Notes under the pieces: model-generated
The model's input: the letters and a program-made list of their open reading frames with translations, nothing else
Databases searched by the model: none
What the model was told of the DNA's origin: nothing
Part shown: positions 1 through 12,233 of the stretch, in pieces
Numbering within the stretch: the first letter of the stretch is position 1
Layout: every line of letters begins with the position of its first letter
Assembly (NCBI GenBank): GCA_964016885.1
Contig: OZ024762.1
Location: 2,046,001 to 2,110,000, forward strand
Length of the DNA stretch: 64,000 nt
Direction of reading: 5' to 3'
Origin: Eledone cirrhosa
Lineage: Eukaryota
Program-made: the position numbers and the translations under genes

Positions 1-650
1 TAGTTACTGGTGTATTTGTGGAAATATTTTGATTTTGTTTGCATTAATCGTCGGTCCTTGTGGCTAATAAAGACATAATTATTAGGGAGTGCTTTTTAAG
101 AAATCGTAAAAAAAAAAAAAATACACAAAGAAAAATAGGGAGATGTGATATTTAAGGAAGTCAGTTATTTTTTGGAGGTGGAGGTGAAATTTTTTTAGTG
201 GGGCATTTTTTTCAAAGGGTCTTTTTTTTTTTTTTTTTTTTTTCAGATTGTAATTTGTCGATGTTGTAAAATAAAGGGTTAGAAGCTGCCCGATGTACTG
301 ATAATCTAGTTTGAGGAACTAAGTTAAACCTAAAGGGGGAAAAAAAAAAGAGAGAAAAAGCAAAGCGAACAAATATTAAGAGTTAGAAGAAGCAGAGAAA
401 ATATAGATATATATGTAATGTGCGTGCGTGTGTATATTGTAGGTGAACCACGATGGCAACTACTACTATAGCCACCATAAGAGAGATGACGATGATGACG
501 ATAACAAACGATGTAAATACCATAGTAGTAGTAATAATGATTGAGATCGTGGAATAACATACACGCCATTCACTCACTCATATAAATAGATGTCTCCTTC
601 TTCGTCTTTCTTCTCCTCTCCTGGCGAAACGATCGTGCGACACCAGACAG

Positions 651-687
<37 letters not shown>

Positions 688-2318
688 TGTGCAACTGGGT
701 TTGTGTATACACAGATCTATATATCTCTATGCATATATATATGTAAGTATGAATATATATATATATATATTAGAGAGAGACAGAGTAAAAGTGAGAGAGA
801 GAGAGAAAGAGTGATATAGAGTAGAGGCACTTACTGGCTAGTTGGCTGGTTGGTTAGCCTACTAAAAACAACAGCTTACTACTACTAACAGTGAAAAAAA
901 AAAAGAAAAAGAAGTAAAACCGTATAAATAATATACCTGACACTGCTACCAACTATCTACCGCCATTGGTGTCTGCAGTTTCAAGGCGATGTTCAATGGG
1001 TGAGCACCTGTCTAACAATTACATACACACCCTCCTCCTTCCTCTTAGTATTAATCTCCTCCTCCGCCTCCTCCTCCTCCTTCCTCTTGGTCAATTTGTT
1101 TTTTGTCTCCTTCTTTCTCTTTGTGTCTCTCACACAAACTCTCTTGTCCCCCCCTCTCTCTCCATTGCACTTTCTCTCACACACTTTTGTCTCTCTCTTT
1201 CTCACTCTCCCTCTCTTAATTATTTAACCGTCTCTTTCTTTTTTTACTCTCTCTCCATCTATCTATATCTATATATATATATATATAGGAAAATGTTCAG
1301 GACCCCGACGGCAGAGCTCAAGCCGTTTCGACGGCTATTTCTGGACTCTCTCTCTCTACATATATATATATTGCTCTCTTTCTTACACCCTCCCTTGTTT
1401 CGCTTACTCTATTTCTCACTCCCTCCAATATTTCTCTTACTCTGTCTCTCTCTTTTGCTCTTTCTCACTCCCTCCCTCATTACTCTTACCCTCTTTTCCT
1501 TTCTTTATTTCACTCAGTCCTGTTATTTTTACTCTCTCACCCTCTTCCTCCGGATTAGTTTTTTTTATAAACTCTTTCACTTTTCACCCTCTAATGCCTC
1601 ATACACTATCTTTCTCTTTAATTTCTTTTTCTCACTCTCTTTCCCTCCCACTACTCTTTGTTCTTATTCACTTAACCTCGTCCTCTCTTTCTCTCTATCT
1701 CTACATCTCATACTCTCTCTTTATTTTCACTCCTCTCATTTTCATTCGGTTTTTTCCGTTTCTTTCTCTTCCTTCCTTCCCCCTCCCTCACTTTTCTATA
1801 CTCCTACTTTCCCTCCCAACCTACCTACTTTTTCTTCCTCTTTTCACTAAAGATCACTTCATTTTCCGTCCTCCTACTCCCAGTTCTTATATTTTTATAA
1901 TATTAACCTCGAATCTTCCTCCAAACTTTCCATTTAAATGAAAGACTACTGGCATTCTTTCCTTTGCTCTAGTTTTTTGTCTTTGTTATAATTAAATTAA
2001 ATTTCCGCATTACCCCCTCCTCCTCCTCTTTACTCCATCCCATCATTCCTGAATAGAAAGAAAAAAGCGAAATAAAGTGATTATAAAAATAAATTTGGCA
2101 TTTCAGACTTTCTAAAAATTATTTCATAAAATATGACACAATTCTGGCCATTATTGTATTTAATAGAATATAAACTCTTTCGTTGAGTTTAATGGTAACT
2201 GTGAACCGTGCGAAGATAACATTTATACATACATACATACATACATACATTCATACATATATATATATATATATATATATTTTATTATGCGCATTTCAAA
2301 AACAAATATCATCATGAG

Positions 2319-2362
<44 letters not shown>

Positions 2363-2569
2363 CAGAGTCCAGAAATAGCCGTCGAAACGGCTTGAGCTCT
2401 GCCGTCGGGGTCTTGAACATTTCCCCATATATTTATAGATATTTATATACACAGATTTATCTTTATATATATATATATATCTAGGTAAATTATATGAGTT
2501 TATACAACTGAATAAAGTATTCAGATATTTAAAACTCTAATGTAATTTTGTCAATATCCATATTGATGA

Positions 2570-2626
<57 letters not shown>

Positions 2627-3373
2627 TATTTATATATTTATATACATTTTTTTAAAGGTTCGAAATTAAGCAATATAAGATGAGTCATGCAAATTGTAGG
2701 AATGCAGTAAATATTAGTTTCGGGTTGACATAATAAATATTTTATTTTGTTTATATATAAATATATATAAATAATTATTTATTTCTGCCTAAGTTTAACT
2801 CTGTAAGTATTTGAAAGCAAATTACAAACAACGTCGTGTTTTGGAAAGGTTTTTGTCCTTTTTAATTAAACCGACTTCAAAGGTCGTGTCCGTCTATTAA
2901 GGGGATGCAATCGGCGAGAACTCTTCGGTTACCTTCCCTAATCTATATTGACATTACTGAAAAATGTCAACAAATATTTTAAAATCACCATCATCATCAT
3001 CATCTTCTTCTTCTTCTTCTTCTTCTTCTTCTTCTTTCAGCAGGTCCAGTCTTAAGTAACCATCTCCAACTGATCCGGCTGGAGGATCCCCAAAGGAGAC
3101 CAGCCAAGCTCATGGATGTTATCCAACCATCTTGCTTGGGGGGAGGGGGGGTCTATCCCCAGGGTCTCTTGTCGGTTGGTTTTGCCCGTTAAAAAAAAAA
3201 ATAGGTGCTGCTCTGGCAGATTTGTTAGATCGCCGGATACGGTGTTTTGCGGTATTCGTTTCGTTAAAATCTCCGCCGACATTCAATTTTATCTTTTATT
3301 CTTTTGAGATTGATTTAAAAAAAAAAAAGAAGCTCTCCGGTTCTGGAATCGGCTAATTTCCTCTTTTCACACC

Positions 3374-3443
<70 letters not shown>

Positions 3444-3502
3444 GACCTAGACAGTGAGTGTGGGGTGGGGAGCTCCGTCAAATGTAAAATGTCATCACGA
3501 CC

Positions 3503-3538
<36 letters not shown>

Positions 3539-3572
3539 GGTCGTGATGACATTTTACATTTGACGGAGCCCT

Positions 3573-3631
<59 letters not shown>

Positions 3632-4010
3632 AAAATAGTCAGAACCCCGACGGCTGAACTCCGGCCATTTCGGGTAGTAGAGTGAGTAATAGGAAAATGT
3701 TTAACCCCGACGGTAGAGCTCAAGCCGTTTCGACGGCTATTTCTAGATAGAAATAGCCGTCGAAACGGCTTGAGCTCTATATAAATATAAATGGGGGTGG
3801 GGTTAGTGTAAGTATAATCGAAGTCTGTGTTGCAGCATATGGACAAACATTACTGACTTTCGATATCGATCAGATCAGAGTACGATCATCATTACTGGCC
3901 CCCGACTCTTTCACACTGACCCGAAACCAGTATTGAGTGCTTCGAACGGTGAGCCGCCTATAACTGTATTTACACAACGAACTAACACACACACACACAA
4001 CGCATATATA

Positions 4011-4083
<73 letters not shown>

Positions 4084-4084
4084 A

Positions 4085-4212
4085 GGTAAAATTTCGTTAT
4101 AACGAATTTTTCACTATAACGACATTTTTTTTCAATCCCCGGCCACACGCTCGATGTGTTAAGTCGATTTTGTTATTAAGAATTTTTCGTTATAACGGAA
4201 TTTCATTGTATA
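4085..4212. mobile_element. Tc1/mariner/Tigger-type MITE fragment with GTTATAACG subrepeats; second copy at 23597-23759 in opposite orientation
   Basis: Shared core TTCAATCCC.GGC.ACACGCTCGATGTGTTA.GTCGAT; TA-flanked. Confidence 0.6.
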
Positions 4213-4229
4213 TACTTCGCCTACTCACT

Positions 4230-4710
4230 CCTCCTGAGAAGGTCTTGGAGGTAGAGTCTTCAAATACTCCTTGCAGCACTCGTGAACACGGCTCCAAGAT
4301 ACTTAAACTTCTCTACCCGCTTCAATGGAACTCCATTTACATGTAGGGTGCACTGTACAGGATTCCTTGAGTGGACGAGTCTCTCAGCTTTAGCAGCACT
4401 GATTTCCATTCCAGTCATGCAGCACTCGGCATCAAACCATTCGAGTGCAAGTCAGAGATCACCTTCTGTCGAATTAAATAACACCATGTCGTCTGTAAAT
4501 TCCAGCCGACTGATTTTACGCCCGCCAGTCATGATACCAGTTCATCGATGAACTGGACTCCACCTGGCGACGAACGTACCGAAAAGAGCTGATGGCAGCC
4601 AACATCATTTGGCACGGACGTGAAAAAGCCGCCGCTGATCGTGACCTCTGGCGAGTACTTACTGCATGATGTTCCGAATGGCGTGGAAGAGCCTAAGACT
4701 AAGACTAGGT
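4230..4710. mobile_element. RTE-clade LINE fragments (RT piece on -, 3' end on +)
   Basis: Minus frame FTDDMVLF...VEKFKYLGAVF; plus-strand 3' end with (CTAAGA)n tail at ~4692-4708. Confidence 0.65.
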
Positions 4711-4762
4711 TATGATACCACTTCCACCCCAGCTGCGGATATCAATCTTGTTCATGAAAATA

Positions 4763-4941
4763 ATTGTTTCTACTTTAGGCACAAGGCCAGCAATTACCCA
4801 GTGCATTACTGGTACTTTATTTTATCGACCCCGTAAGGATGAAAGGCAAAGTCAACCTCGGCGGGATTTGAACTTAGATCGTAAAGGGACGTAACTCTAT
4901 GCTTCAAAGCATTGTGTCTGACTCTCTACCGATACTGCCAA
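4763..4941 (-). mobile_element. tRNA-derived SINE family 1; other minus copies at 6851-7021, 12558-12720, 12800-12900, 14121-14282, 29824-30013, 30033-30220, 32190-32400, 49663-49767, 55568-55635, 59590-59730
   Basis: Near-identical dispersed repeat ...GGCACAAGGCCAGCAATT...TGGTACTTTATTTTATCGACCCCGTAAGGATGAAAGGC...GGATTTGAACTC (B box on minus strand). Confidence 0.92.
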
Positions 4942-4944
4942 GAG

Positions 4945-5097
4945 AGGTGACTGTTGGCACCTACCCTTGGTGGAGTCCGACTCCCGCATTGAATCATCTG
5001 CGACCTGGCGTGGTATAGACGGGCACAGATTGCGTATCCCGAGACCGCAAAGAGGGTTCGGAAGGGAGCAAACCTTGACAATTGGAACCTGGAACAA
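4945..5097 (+). mobile_element. RTE LINE 5' fragment
   Basis: Ends in LTIGTWN, the start motif of the APE endonuclease. Confidence 0.5.
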
Positions 5098-5208
5098 ATA
5101 TATATATGTGTGTGTGTTCTGAAGAAATCATATCTATCGTCATGGAAATATGTATAACGGCTCGATTAATAAAAGACTCTAATATCTACAAATTCGCATT
5201 TTCCTCTT

Positions 5209-5246
<38 letters not shown>

Positions 5247-5759
5247 TTTATAAAATCCCGACCGCGGCGCCAAGCGGTTTCAGCTTATATAGATAGATAG
5301 AAGTAAAGATAGATATACTGGTATGAAAATTATCAATATAGGGCATCAAGGAAAATAATACACAAATTTATTATGTCGGAGTTATTTCCCTTGGTTTGTT
5401 TTTAAGGGAAATTACTCTTAAAAACTTAAAATAAATATGAATGAAACTAGATGGCGCTGCTACAGTGTAGACGAAACGAAGTTGATTAAAAACACATATT
5501 GGAATTATTTTGGTCTTACCTTGCGTGGCAGCAGTGAAATTGTACCCCTGCCCAGCACTGTATTTTTACCTATGGAGGCCTAATAATTTATATAAAGGGT
5601 TTAATGATCCAGCCGCCATACTGTTTCTCACTCATGATAGAGACAGATCTTACATCTGAAGGAGTTTCTTTTTCCACTCTCGGACTTGGCTTATTTGACT
5701 TTAATAGAACATGCCCCTAGTCCATGTGGAACATATGGCACGTGCCATGCTTGTTATAC

Positions 5760-6215
5760 CCTAGTTACGCCACTGATTAAGGGGTTTATTATATACACAC
5801 TGCTAGTACTTAAGATGTGAGTGTGTACCCGTGAAATATATACACCAGGTCCGAACACAAAAGAACCAAACGCCCACTCTCGTTGCCTCCGTCTCTCCCG
5901 CTGTCCCCATCTCTCACTATTGTGAGAAAATAGGGACCCACGCGCTGGCGGCCCCAGGGGACGGAGTAGAGAAGGTGTTTCCCTGGAGGATGGTGAGGGA
6001 GACACGTTGAAAGAGCCATTCCAGCTCGAGATGCTCACACCTGCGGGTAGCGAACTCTGTGCCGATGGTGGTAAGTAGGGAGGTATACCCTAGGGCCAAG
6101 GACACCAGAAGTCTCCACTGCTAGGGGCTCGACCGCGAACCTGTTGGAGAGCGAACGATATTTAGAGAGCTTACCCTCCTTGGCCCGAGGTGCAGCAGAG
6201 CCTGGGTTAGTCTCA
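5760..6215 (-). mobile_element. 3' fragment of a non-LTR element with restriction-like endonuclease (CRE/NeSL-like)
   Basis: PGSAAPRAKEGKLSKYRSLSNRFAVEPLAVETSGVLGP matches the K-x2-KY...P-x2-VET-x-G tail of RLE domains. Confidence 0.7.
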
Positions 6216-6604
6216 GACAACATCAAGTTTATAATAAAGTACATGAAATTTTGACTTAATTCACAAATCTCCAGTTCTACATTGACAGACTCCCTACACC
6301 CTCTCTTCACTCCTAAGTTAGAAAACGCTGAACCATATCCAGTACCTGCTTCATTAGTGCTTTTTACAAGAGTATCTGACATTACATTGGAATTATTAGC
6401 CATAAGCTGTTGCCATCCAGTGACTTTTTTTCTCTGATTTTTATATTTAGCAAGCTGAATGAAACCCAATGGGAAAAGCTCCATATAATAGCACAGCTTA
6501 GAAATATTTTGGGTCATCCATACTTTTAACATTAACATGCATCACTAAGTTTTGGCTTTAATTTAAGAAACATCATCAAATGTCAATTTTTAATGTTAGA
6601 CATA

Positions 6605-6830
6605 AACGGAAAGGATCGATCGACTTTCGTCAAATCGGACCGAGGAAGCAATATTTTCGTCGGTCTTTCCAGTTGCTAGTACTGTCTATCGGTCACAACT
6701 CCAGGTAGAAGGAGCAACGTGAAATAAAGTGTCTTGCTCAAGGACACAACGCATCACCCGGTCCGGGAATCGAACTCACAACCTCAAGATTGTGAATCCA
6801 ATTCTCTAATCACTCAGCCACACGCCTTCA
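6605..6830 (-). mobile_element. tRNA-derived SINE family 2; second copy at 13296-13517
   Basis: Minus-strand head GGCGTGTGGCTGAGTG...GAGTTCGATTCCCGG followed by CCTTGAGCAAGACACTTTA. Confidence 0.88.
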
Positions 6831-7433
6831 CTGTTATACATTATTTTTTTTTCTACTTTAGGCACAAGGCCAGCAATTACGCAGTACATTACTGGTACTT
6901 TATTTTATCGACCCCGTAAGGATGAAAGGCAAAGTTAACCTCGGCCGGATTTGAACTCAGATCATAAAGGGACGTACAACTATGCTGGAAAGCATGTCCG
7001 ACCCTCTACCGATACTGCCAAGCCAGAATATATGCAGTCTTTGATTAGGTTTTCTAGGGTTGGATAGATGAAATGAGTTCATTTCATTGGTTATTTAAGA
7101 GTTTAAGCGCGATTTCGGAAAACAGTTAAAATCCACCAATGAAAAGAGTGTAAACTAATCACGTGACAGTCTCACTAGATCCCGGCTTACGTGAGAACAT
7201 GTTTCTATATCTGTGTTCGTGTGTTTGTTACGAGAGCTTGTTAGTTGCGACACTAACTTAGCTTAGCTCTACGTGCGTGTGTGATGGCGCTGGGTTTATT
7301 TTGTGTATATATGTATATATATATATGTGTGTGTGTATGTATATACACATATATGTGTGTATATATGTATGTATATATATATGTGTGTATGTGTATGTAT
7401 GTATATATATATGTGTGTATGTGTGTATATATG

Positions 7434-7515
<82 letters not shown>

Positions 7516-7849
7516 AGTATATATATGTATATATGTTTATATGTATGTATCTTTATATATATGTATGTATGTATATATATATATATGTTTATATATGTAT
7601 CTATAGATGTATGTATATATATATGTATATGTATACAGTGGCGGACTGGGTCTACAAATATTGGTTGCCAGGAGATAAAATGGGGCCCACCTACATATAG
7701 AATGCTACCATTTAATTTTTATAATGAATAAATAACATTTTTTTTAAATACATAAGTGGAAACAAAACCGTGCAATCAAATTTTTGCAAAAAAATATCTT
7801 ACCTTCTCCAATAAAAAATATTATGTATTTTGCGAAATCCAGAGACTTT

Positions 7850-8312
7850 CAATAATGACCAGAAGTCCACCCTAAAGATTACTAATAGCTCTAGGAAAGC
7901 CATGAACGACACCACATGTTTTTAACTTTGATTTTGAAAGTAGGTTTATAATTATCAATATTCATTATCGTTTTGTAGCTGTCTCGGTGGCCTAGTTGGA
8001 GGAGTTATAGACGGTGGTGATCCTGGTCTGAGGTTCAATCCTGGTTGGGACTAGGGTTGCCAGTAAACCTTTTCAGTTTTTTTGTTGTAAAATAAAACTG
8101 AAAGAGGTTACCTCTTGACCAGGATTGAACCAAGCCCAGGATCGCCACCGTCTCCAGTACCTACCACTAGGCCACAGAGACAACTGCGAAAGTCTTATAA
8201 AAATTCATACTTATAAACCTATTTTCAAAATTTTCACTACAAAGTGCTGTGGTGTCGTTCATGCCTTTCTTAATGTTATTGCTCCTACTTAAGGTCGACT
8301 TCTAAATCATTT
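7850..8312. mobile_element. diverged palindromic MITE-like element with a tRNA-like module in each arm
   Basis: A box TGGCCTAGTTGG (7988) and B box GGTTCAATCC (8032) mirrored at 8118-8187; outer arms also complementary (CATGAACGACACCAC / GTGGTGTCGTTCATG). Confidence 0.7.
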
Positions 8313-8414
8313 GGGTGTTCCATAAACTACATCCTCGTTTTGTTTCTCATCTATCTAGACTATATTTTAACCTGTAATCAATGTTTCGTTTCTGTTCCAC
8401 CTCATTCCCCCCCC

Positions 8415-8448
<34 letters not shown>

Positions 8449-8515
8449 CCAGAGCGTGAAATTAATAAACATTCGTTGTACTGCCTCTCTGTTTTGTCCC
8501 TGTTCAAATTTTTCC

Positions 8516-8604
<89 letters not shown>

Positions 8605-8998
8605 GCTTGTGTGTCTGTGACTATATATACATGTTTGCATGCATGAATGAATACGCTGAGCTTTAGATTTAGTAGAATGTACATCCATTGATTCCAGCTA
8701 TTTCCACTATCGTATATTTTGGTTTCTAGTAATTCCCTCGGGTACTGGTTGACCAAATGCTTTGCTTAATTGTTTTGTTTGAAAGTTTATTTCTCTCTCA
8801 CACACACGCGCGCGCGCGCGTATATATATAATAAAGAAGTGAGTTCGGATCTAGCTGTTGAAACGGCCGCAGCTCAGCCGTCGGGGTCCTGACTCTTTTC
8901 CTATTACCCACTCTACTACCCTAAGTATCGAGTACTCTGGTATGTTATGGTACACCTGGTTCCTTACCATACTTTCTTTGTGTTATACATATTCATAT

Positions 8999-9090
<92 letters not shown>

Positions 9091-9722
9091 GTGTATAATG
9101 GTAGCTATGGTGCTTCCATAGGCGGTATGCCAACATTAGCACTCGATATTCAGCAGAGTAGAGTGTAGATAGTATAAAGAAAACGAAAAATCAGTGATGC
9201 ATCTGGACTTAATTTATTGCGTGTAACAATTGTTTCGCCGGCAGGTAATTTCGGGTGTTTCGTCTGGAGCAAATTTTATCACTGGGGTGTTATCATCAAA
9301 AAACACCCTCAAAAAACCCTACTTCCACTCTTGTCATGTCATTGGCTGTTTTTACTCCACGTCATCACAAGTTCTGGTCAGTATCTGCTGCCACACGGGT
9401 CATCAGCCATTATCTGTCCGACACATTTCGATGGAGTCATGCTGGGTTCAGTATCTCACACGTCTGATCACACTTCAGAGTAAGCACCCACACATACTAA
9501 TATACACACACATACACACACACATGCAGACACAGACATATTTATGCATACACACACGTACGCCTACATGCGCAAACACCCCCACATACATACATACATA
9601 CATACATACATAAATGTATATATACACACACACTCTCTCCCTCACTTCCACGGACCCAGTCACACCCATATATATATATATATATGAGTGTATATAAATA
9701 TATACCTATATATATACATATG

Positions 9723-9778
<56 letters not shown>

Positions 9779-9836
9779 AAAATGGAACGGGAACAAAACA
9801 GAGAGGCTGTACAAACAAAGGTTTATTAGTTTCACG

Positions 9837-9867
<31 letters not shown>

Positions 9868-9881
9868 TTTTAATATAGATG

Positions 9882-9932
9882 AGATTCTACAGGACTAGAA
9901 CTGTTTCATTCATTTGAAATCATCAGGAATCT
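9882..9932 (-). ncRNA. minimal type-I hammerhead ribozyme motif
   Basis: Minus strand AGATTC-CTGATGA-TTTC(AAAT)GAAT-GAA-ACAG(TTCTAGTC)CTGT-A-GAATCT; stems I and III perfect, GUA triplet, weak stem II. Confidence 0.75.
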
Positions 9933-10050
9933 GTAGAATCTCATCTATATTAAAACCTGTAGAATCTCATCTATATTAAAACTGTTATACTCTGCTATGT
10001 ATTGAGTACCTTACTTACTGTGGTTACCTCCGATTCAACCCGGAATAACG

Positions 10051-10110
<60 letters not shown>

Positions 10111-10602
10111 AGATAAATCTACCAAAATATACGGTAGTCTCCAATCCGTATGAAGAACTCAATGTAATCCAAATATCATGAAAGGAGAAGATGTATTCAA
10201 CATTTTTTTCGATGAAAATCCAAGGAAAACAGAGTCAAGATAAATTAATAAAAACAATGAATAAAAACAAAGAAACAGTTCCTTATATTAATTTTTTAAT
10301 ATAAGGAACTGTTTCTTTGTTTTTATTCATTGTTTTTATTAATTTATTTGTCTGTATATATATATGTATATATATATATATATGTATGTATATATATATA
10401 TATGTATGTATATATATATATAACAAAGAAATGTGGTAAGGAACCAGGTGGACCATAACGCACCAGAGTACTCGATACTTAGAGTAATAAGAAAAGAGTC
10501 AGGACCCCAACGGCTGAGCTCCGACCGTTTCGACAGCTAGATCCAAACACGGATCTAGTTGTCGAAACGGCCAGAGCTCAGCGCCGGGGTCCTGACTCTT
10601 TT

Positions 10603-10690
<88 letters not shown>

Positions 10691-11129
10691 TGTATGTATA
10701 TGTATGGATATATTTGTGTATATATATATATATATATATGGGGTAACAAGTTATCGTTTTAGGTAATCCAGTTAGAGGTTGTGGATAGTTTTAACGTAGG
10801 GCGTTGTTTGACTCAACAAAAGGTTTCCTTAGGTGGCAGGTCATTCTGGGAGTAATGGTAGTGAAAGGGTGAAGAATCCCATGGTCGGCTGTACAGTATT
10901 AACAATTGTATCGTTGATCAGGTGAGTCTACAGGTCGGTGATCACTCGAAATTGCGCCATTCGATCTTGATCAGAGACGCAGACTGTATTTAAGGTCGAG
11001 TGGTGCAATTTCGAGTGATCGGCGGTCTTTAGACTCACAATTGTTAATACTGTAAATAGAACCCTTTTTGTACAGCCGACCATGTTATTCTTCACTCTTT
11101 CACTACTATATATATATATATATATATAT

Positions 11130-11320
11130 ATAGGGGTAAGTAAGACCCCGACGGCTGAGCTCAAGCCGTTTCGACGGCTAATTCTGTACTGGAATTCCGT
11201 CGAAACGGCTTGAGCTCAGCCGTCGGGGTCTTACTTACCCCTATTACCCACTCTACTACCCTAAGTATTGAGTACTTTGGTGCGTTATGGTCCATCTGGT
11301 TCCTTACCACTTTTCCTTCG
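11130..11320. mobile_element. (TA)n-flanked short element with hammerhead 3' half, fold-back form; further copies at ~1287-1348, 2365-2425, 3628-3780, 8845-8975, 10425-10605, 19417-19478, 27066-27150, 28545-28606
   Basis: Recurrent GTCGAA-ACGGCT(TGAGCTC)AGCCGT-C-GGGGTC...CCTATTACCCACTCTACTACCCTAAG; always next to TA tracts. Confidence 0.8.
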
Positions 11321-11356
<36 letters not shown>

Positions 11357-11745
11357 TCTTTTACTCTTTTACCTGTTTCAGCCATCCGGCTGAGGCCATG
11401 CTGGGGCACCGCCCTTGTATATATATATATAAACGGAAAAAACGAAACGAAACTTCATTTCCCACTCCTAGCACGGCTGTTACTTAAATACAAATATGTA
11501 CACGTACATACATATATGTATACAGACATACAGTAGTATGTATATATATATACATACATGCACACATATATATATCTACGTATGGATTCACCGAACATTT
11601 ATTATAATGCTCGGTGTGTTTGTAAACAAACATCCCGTATTAAGCCGTTGTGTTTAGCAACCATCGTTGCTCGATTGTTCAACACTGACAAAGGAACGCT
11701 CTACCATATATATATATATTAGTATTGGTGCTCTGAAATACCGAT

Positions 11746-11986
11746 GTATATATGAATGTATGTATAATATATTTGATAATACACTGTATGTTTATTTAAA
11801 ACATTTTGAAGACCATTCGCTATGAATTTTAAAGTCGTGATTACGTCACGTATTTAGTCTCGGCAAAAGCAGCTTTTGCCGAGACTAAGTACGTGACATA
11901 ATCAGTACTTTAAAATTCATAGCGAATGTTTTAAATAAACATACAGTGTATTATCAAATATATTATACGTACATTCATATATATAC
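11746..11986. repeat. fold-back palindrome (~120-bp arms)
   Basis: Centre GTCTCGGCAAAAGC-A-GCTTTTGCCGAGAC at 11871; arms with a few mismatches and indels. Confidence 0.9.
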
Positions 11987-12004
11987 AAGATATAAAACAA
12001 TCAA

Positions 12005-12056
<52 letters not shown>

Positions 12057-12114
12057 TAATTAAAATGCTAGAGAGAACAACAAAGATTTATGAATACATA
12101 TATATATATTTAAT

Positions 12115-12233
12115 GGCTGACAAGTTGTTTCAATACTGCAGAGTAAGAATGGATATAGATGTTTATATATCAAATATACATCGATATTAGTCCATTAAAA
12201 ATAAATAAATGTCTCAATATTATCTTCAGAGCC
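12115..12233 (-). ncRNA. type-I hammerhead motif with long stem II insertion
   Basis: Minus strand GGCT-CTGAAGA-T-AATATTG...CAGTATT-GAA-ACA(ACT)TGT-C-AGCC; GUC triplet. Confidence 0.65.

Noticed and set aside
966-1850. 294-aa ORF
   Set aside because: Runs through CT-rich and TA low-complexity DNA and a repeat; Leu/Ser/Phe bias with no domain motifs
6216-6538. N-terminal part of the 167-aa minus ORF as a host gene
   Set aside because: Only the C-terminal part matches a retroelement endonuclease tail; the rest has no recognisable motif and is probably a chance fusion
7277-7731. YI/IY-rich ORFs here and throughout the window
   Set aside because: Translations of (TA)n and (TATG)n microsatellites
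7978-8050. Functional tRNA gene
   Set aside because: A and B boxes are present but there is no convincing acceptor or anticodon stem; part of a palindromic repeat. SINE heads were rejected likewise
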